DNA from: Octopus bimaculoides
Taxonomy: Eukaryota
Length of the DNA: 42,835 nt
Reading direction: 5' to 3'
NCBI RefSeq assembly: GCF_001194135.2
Contig: NC_068981.1
Location: 13,305,874-13,348,708 of the forward strand
Shown: positions 36,740 to 42,835 of the stretch, piece after piece
Position numbering within the stretch: the first letter of the stretch is position 1
Layout of the letters: each line of letters opens with the position of its first letter
Notes under the pieces: generated by a model
Seen by the model: only the letters and a program-made list of their open reading frames with translations
Told to the model about the DNA's origin: nothing
The model's database searches: none
Program-made: the position numbers and the translations under genes

Positions 36740-38060
36740 ACATATAGGTAATTGAATCTCTGAAATATATAGTTCACCTGCATTCCTGACCACAATAGTC
36801 AACTCCAAGAACACTGCTTACAACAAATATGACGATGTATGGTTAAGACAATGAAATAATTGCTTTCACATATACAGGTAAATAAGCAAATCTTTTCAAC
36901 ATAGTCCAATGCAGAAACATAAATGTTTAGAATGAAGTATTCTTAAATTATATTCATTTTTTATTCGGAACAATAGTCGATCATGTGAATTGTGCATTAC
37001 TCAGAATAAAAACGGAATTTTTCAATGGTGAACAGGAGAAATTGTGATGTTGGTACAAAATATATAACGTTTGAAATGTTAGTGAAGGAAAGTTATTTGA
37101 AGTTTCTTCGACGCTGAATAACGTTAACTGACAACCATTTGTTGAGGAAAATTTCTGAGCACAGAAGATCGATCAATTAAGAAAGTTATTGAACAAATGG
37201 ATGATCATTGAACTTCATGGAACATTTGGTTGACGACTATGGCTATGGTGTTTATCAAAGGGAAGAAAAGATAAATGTGAAATTTCCACAGAATATTTTA
37301 TAGTTAGGAGAGGATCTTCTTAATAAGTTGGTTCTCTTATCAATATTTTAATGGGAGATGCATCACATTTGCTTGGATGTATGAGTTGATACGTTAAAGG
37401 AAGTGTAGTGCTGCAATTTAAAGTGTTTGCCGTGTCCAGGTCACGCATTGTTTCATAATTGGTAGGTAGATATGAAAATGGAATTCACAGATAATTTTCT
37501 TCACCCATTATATGCATAGATTGTATGTTTGGTTGTGTATGACGTGTGCATAAATATTATGCTAACTATTTTGATTATTCAATCATTGTGAACGTTAGGT
37601 TGAAAGTCGGATCAACATTTATAGATTCGTGGTAAATATTCCTCTCTGGCTGAGATTGTTATAATGATTTCATAATTTGTCGTCTATCGGTAGTTTGTTC
37701 CTGTGAGTTAATGGTGAATTATCAATTATTTATTAGATGATGTTCTGGAACATTCTTCGACGAAGAAAGAAAAGTAGTCAATCAAGTCGAAATGGATAAA
37801 TGTGAATTGTTTAGGCTTTTATTTATTCATTCATTTATTTATTTATTTTAATTTCATTGAACTAATCAATTACCCAAAAAAGGAATTCAATAAATCTATA
37901 ATAGTTACGGCATTCATTCGTAAATTGCAATTTGTTGATTGTCCCGAGTCACGATTATTCAATCAAAGATACTAACTACTTCTAAATCACATTTGTCCGA
38001 TTACATTAGTCCAAAATTGGAAGAAGTATTAAATTTATTCAACAACTTTAATAAAAGCAG
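36740..38060 (-). pseudogene. Penelope-like element remnant (RT with C-terminal GIY-YIG), very degenerate
   Basis: Minus-strand motifs in expected order: SDKCDLEVVS-IFD (37971-38000; cf. PAKS.LG.VSK.ILD); FTFIHFDLIDY (37774-37802; cf. FI.FDIV.FYPSI); INVDPTFNL (37596-37623; cf. VNFLDVTFNL); IGLC*KDLL...KQLF...H..S..L....LEL (36800-36910; cf. YIGLTE..FK.RY..HK.SF...H...T.LS..IWEL). Comparisons are from memory of family motifs. Confidence 0.55.
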
Positions 38061-38311
38061 CGTTTTTCCTTTGCCTTTTCTTTCTTCATTCATTCATTCC
38101 TGCGTTTTATTTCCTTAACGATAATGTGTTGCTGATTTGTTTTAGTTACAATTATTGGAAAATAGAGTTATTTGTTTCAACAGGCCAATCACTGTTTCAT
38201 TTCTTATCTATGAAAGAATTACAAAGATTCACTGCTGCGTGATATTGCAATAAACATCGTGGAAAACATTGTATATTTTTTCGGTTTTCGTTTCTATTTC
38301 TATCTTACAGA

Positions 38312-38802
38312 GGCGCAGGCGTGGCTGTGTGGTAAGTAGCTTGCTTACCAACCACATGGTTCCGTGTTCAGTCCCTTTGCGTGGCAGCTTGGGCAAGTGT
38401 CTTCTACTATAGTCTCGGGCCAACCAAAGCCTTGTGAGTGGATTTGGTAGACGGAAACTGAAAGAAGCCCGTCGTATATATGTATAATGTATGTATATNN
38501 NNNNNNNNNNNNNNNNNNNNNNNNNNNNNNNNNNNNNNNNNNNNNNNNNNNNNNNNNNNNNNNNNNNNNNNNNNNNNNNNNNNNNNNNNNNNNNNNNNNN
38601 NNNNNNNNNNNNNNNNNNNNNNNNNNNNNNNNNNNNNNNNNNNNNNNNNNNNNNNNNNNNNNNTTTATGTCCCCGTCACTTAGTGGTTCGGAAACAGATA
38701 CCTATAGAATAAGTACTAGGCTTACAAAGAATAAGTCCCGGGGTCGATTTGCTCGACTAAAGGCATGCCCGCAGTCAAATGACTGAAACAAGTAAGAGAG
38801 TA
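38312..38802 (+). mobile_element. SINE family 1, best-preserved copy (internal microsatellite lies in gap 38499-38663)
   Basis: GGCGCAGGCGTGGCTGTGTGGTAAGTAGC (A-box)...GGTTCCGTGTTCAGTCCC (B-box)...; tail ends GCAGTCAAATGACTGAAACAAGTAAGAGAG. Confidence 0.9.
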
Positions 38803-38825
38803 CATTCAAATATATATATGTGTTA

Positions 38826-39053
38826 TTTCTTTATTGCCCACAAGGGGCTACACAAAGAGGGGACAAACAAGGACAGACAAACGGATTAAGTCGATTATAC
38901 CGACTCCAGTGCGTACTGGTACTTATTTAATCGACACCGAAAGGATGAAAGGCAAAATCGACCTCGGCGGAATTTGAACTCACAACGTAGCGGCAGATGA
39001 AATACCGCTAAGCATTTCGTCCGGCGTGCTAACGTTTCTGCCAGCTCGCCGCC
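38826..39053 (-). mobile_element. SINE family 2, well-preserved copy
   Basis: Reverse complement closely matches 2837-3063. Confidence 0.9.
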
Positions 39054-39142
39054 TTATATATATAATATAATATATATGTGTGTGAGTCTGCGTGTGTGCA
39101 TGCTTGTTTACAAGCACACGCGCACGAACACACAAACACATA

Positions 39143-39146
<4 letters not shown>

Positions 39147-39228
<82 letters not shown>
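39147..39228. repeat. (CA)n microsatellite
   Basis: Direct reading. Confidence 0.97.
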
Positions 39229-39233
<5 letters not shown>

Positions 39234-39466
39234 CATACACTATATATGCGCCGCGGATAGTGCACATATATAAATAAATAAATATATATATATATATATA
39301 TATTTGTTTTGCCAGATTTTTAATGTGAAATCGTGTGTTGAAACTGATGTTGTTGTACTTGGGGATGGTCATATTGCCAGTTTAGCCAATAAGAACACAC
39401 GCACTGTGTATTTGGTGTTAATTTGCTTCAACTTTATATTACATTATATTACATTAATCCTATTTC

Positions 39467-39510
39467 GGCCAGAGTTCTTTCGTCACACTTCTGTGACCTC
39501 ATCAGTGGTC
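39467..39510 (-). ncRNA. Minimal type I hammerhead ribozyme motif
   Basis: Minus strand GACCA-CTGATGA-G-GTCACA-GAAG-TGTGAC-GAAA-GAAC-TC-TGGCC. Intact CUGAUGA and GAAA core, 6-bp stem II, 1-bp stem III with tetraloop, UC cleavage site, stem I GACCA/TGGCC (4 of 5 pairs). Confidence 0.75.
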
Positions 39511-40048
39511 CTTTGCTTTCTTCTTTCTTATGTGTGTCCTAACTTGCTAACTATCTGCCATCTTGTATTTTGTATTTTGACAAAGTACAAAATGGCTGAT
39601 AGTTAGCAAATGGTTCTATTATTTATGTGCACGCAATGTGTTGCATCATTACTGTATGTGCTAAATTGTCCGCCATATGTGAACTATAATTATGAACACA
39701 ACAAATAGTCATCAAAACACTGAATAGTCCTGATCCAAATAAAGCTATGTACATATGTATTTAATAAATTAGTGTATACTTCAACGCGGCAAGTTGCTCT
39801 CTCTTGTAAATTGTCCCAGACGATAAATTCTCTCCAGAGAAAATTATCTGCAAGAACAGGTAGTGATGATATGATGGTGTGTATAACAGGTGTTTCTTTC
39901 CCGTTATGCTTCGCCAGCTACGAATACCTAACCCGTCGTTCACAGTTCACTATGTACAGATTTTCTAAGAGAGAGATGCTATTCTGTGATATTTACAACA
40001 ATTTAAGTACCTAATTTAACTGAATCTCAATTATTTCTTATATGTGTG

Positions 40049-40099
<51 letters not shown>

Positions 40100-40243
40100 C
40101 TGTCATTTCACAGTCGCCGGCAAGGAATTAGTTGTAGAATACTAAGCCAAATCAAAATCCCAGACACTTGATAGGGAAAAATCCTCTGTCACCTACCAGA
40201 TTATTCAAATATGTACGTAGGATATGCTGTGTGGCGTTGCGTT

Positions 40244-40645
40244 GGCGCAAACGTAGCTGTATTATTGCTAAGAAGCTCGCTTCCCAAACATGGTGTCTTG
40301 TGTTCAGTTTCATTATACGGCATCACCAATGGCTATCTTATACTATAGCGCCGCGCCGACCAAGTCCTTGTGAGTAAATTTATTAGACGGAAACTGGAAG
40401 AAGCGTATCTTATGTTTATATGCGTGTGTTCGTGCGTGAGTGCGTCTGCATGTGTGTCTATGTGTTTGTAGTGTGATTTCTCCCACTAAAGCTGAAAATA
40501 GTAGTGTCAGTTTGTTTACGTCCCCATATCTAATTTGTTTCGCAAAAAAGTGCGCTGGAATATATACCAGACGGAAAAGGAATTGGCACTGCGGGCGAGT
40601 TGTTTCACTAAATCCTTTAAAGCGGTGCTATAGTAAATAATAAAA
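40244..40645 (+). mobile_element. SINE family 1 copy (older, degenerate)
   Basis: Head GGCGCAAACGTAGCTGT...CCAAACATGG...CGACCAAGTCCTTGTGAGTAAATTTATTAGACGGAAACTG; decayed (TG)n interior; tail TTTACGTCCCC...CACTAAATCCTTTAAAGCGGTGCT. Confidence 0.75.
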
Positions 40646-40987
40646 TAGTGAAAGATTCAAAATATCCATATACGTAAGGATTCTAGAATGTTCATATTTT
40701 GAATAAATCATAAAAAATATGTAAGTCTACTCAAATGGTAATACATGGTTATAGGCGTTCATTTCAAGGACGTCATGTTTATTTATGACGTGTCTTACCC
40801 ACTTAGCCATCGCTATGCTGTCGGCTGCCGACTTAGTCAAGATGAATTAGATCCTTCAACAGAAGCCGAATACAATGATTAATTACATTGATATAGTCGA
40901 TAACAACCTGTTTTTTGTTTTATTTTCTGACATTCTAATTCTATATTTCACACACACACAGAGACACACACACAAACACACACACAT

Positions 40988-40993
40988 TCTCTC

Positions 40994-41075
<82 letters not shown>

Positions 41076-41082
41076 TCTCGCT
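40988..41082. repeat. (CT)n microsatellite
   Basis: Direct reading. Confidence 0.97.
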
Positions 41083-42169
41083 CTCACTGTATTTATCTCT
41101 CAACAACAGCAACAATCTGTCATCGTAGTGTAAATCAGTTTTAAAAGCTGTCTTGCCTCCTGTATTTGTTGAAACACATACAAGAACTCACACACGCACA
41201 TGCACACAGAATTTATGTATTATATAGGCATATAGTTATTTTTGTAACGTCTGTGTTACGTTGTGCTGACAGACTTGCTCTTACAATTCCTGTGTTGTTC
41301 ATCAAAACATCTTAGTTGCTATGATGTCAACACTATCTCTCTATCCAACTAAGTGTCTTTCACTCACTCTCACTGTATCTATCTATTTATCCATCCTACA
41401 CTGTATCGCACTCGCAATAAAATTGATTTTTTTTTTCATTGTCCCTGTCTATCAAAATGTTGTGGCCTGGGTTCTCTTCCCTTCTGATTCCATTCCCCCT
41501 CTTTCTTCCCTCCCTTTAATAGATGTTGTGACGGACAGACAGGCGGAGTTCATTTTTTCTTTTATACTCTCAGATAAAAGTTTCTTTCCAGAATGATAAA
41601 GAATTATATATTATTTCCTGGAATTGTTCCCCGTTCGTCAAAGGTGTAGAATATTTTGCGATGTCTATTTTTATTGCTGTTTACACAAGCACGGGCACAT
41701 GCATACATGGAAATATATTTATAGTATAGACATATGTAGATACGTAGTTTACATAGACAGATAGGTAAATAAACAGGTGTAGTTAGATGGATAGATAAAT
41801 GCATACAGATATGCATACATACACACACATGCATATATACATACATGCATGTATATATACATCCATACATGTAAATATTTTCTGACATCAAACTCACTAC
41901 CCATCAATGACCTCTGCATGTCATTCATTTATTTATCCTGCCATGAGATTCTACCCAAGTTCGTTGCCACGCCGAGACATCGGCAGTGTATTCACCTTTC
42001 CAAGGGCCATTTTTATGCGATTGGATTTTTAGTTTCTTCTTGTAACGTAATTTCGACTGATAACTTTGAGAGCTGGAGTTCAAGTTCTTTCTTCAAAACA
42101 TACACACCTAGACCGTGCAGACACATCAGATATTTTAGCAAGTTACAATCTAGCTGTGGACCCTGAATC

Positions 42170-42486
42170 GCAAATTATTTCAGTAAATGATCCTTAATCT
42201 AAACAGAATAGCTGGGACTTTTGGAACAGTGCAATGCTATCAAGTAGTTCGGTTGCTGGTTTAGTTTCCGATGTCAAAGGTTCGTCCCAACGCCTCCACA
42301 ATTTTTGCATATGCATATCTTTCCCCTCTTTGCTACTTTAAGTTAAGTCCCAGCTCTTTCAGTCTCTCCTTGTAGCTCAAATTTTCCATTAATGCAACCT
42401 GCAATCTACCTGGTGTAGCACTGCTGAACTGCAAGTTCCGCTTATAATTTGACATACTGTGGTGACTACACTTGAGAGCAGTCTAG
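42170..42486 (-). pseudogene. CR1/L2-clade LINE, RT C-terminal fragment
   Basis: Minus strand LDCSQV*SPQYVKL*AELAVQQCYTR*IAG (cf. LEYCS..WSP......ELE.VQR..T..I.G), then NLSYKERLKELGL...QRGERYA (cf. LSYEERLKELGLYSL.RRRERY). Lower boundary approximate. Confidence 0.75.
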
Positions 42487-42835
42487 CTATGCATATATAT
42501 ACACACATATTTTTATGACTATATATGCATAAACATGTATTAATGCAATAATTTATATGAACATTCATATTGTAAACATACATATTAGATTACTTTCTCG
42601 AAAATTACCTTGTTCTGTACATTATTTAACCACGCTGCTAACAGATTGACGGACTGACGACCTACAAATTCATCTACAAATTACTTCTAAAATCTAGCTT
42701 GGCATTCGATTAAATAATAATTTACATATATATTGATTTCATAGTCCAAAGAAAGAAGAATACTTTTCATATGATCAAAGATAAATAAACTGCGAACACT
42801 GCTTTGGCAAACTTCGCTATTTTTTGTATAATATA

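Overview
Gene-poor, AT-rich animal genomic scaffold with no host exon I can support. The repeat content (tRNA-headed SINEs, very long di/tri-nucleotide microsatellites) resembles octopus/cephalopod DNA; this is inference from pattern recall, not a search. About 5.7 kb (13%) is N, in 12 gaps (7138-7899, 9227-9695, 12798-13220, 15794-15803, 19997-20470, 21663-22117, 25206-25844, 28887-29581, 31523-31791, 32539-32995, 34123-35001, 38499-38663), almost all flanked by microsatellite. Recognisable content: (1) a full-length dead mariner with TIRs, TA TSD and D,D34D motif (18174-19456); (2) a co-oriented stack of R4/Dong-clade LINE remnants separated by (TAA)n (26.3-30.6 kb); (3) Tx1-, RTE- and CR1-like RT fragments; (4) several tRNA-SINE families, one built around an internal microsatellite; (5) two foldback/MITE-like elements; (6) a very decayed Penelope-like RT/GIY-YIG body (about 36.7-38.1 kb, minus strand). 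The most interesting signal is a near-canonical minimal type I hammerhead ribozyme at 39467-39510 (minus), upstream of and co-oriented with the Penelope-like body. Three copies of a second short repeat (2.3, 9.1, 33.1 kb) share hammerhead-like geometry with variant cores. All four sit about 75-170 nt upstream of a dinucleotide microsatellite, suggesting ribozyme-bearing, microsatellite-associated non-autonomous retroelements. No prokaryotic features or CRISPR arrays.
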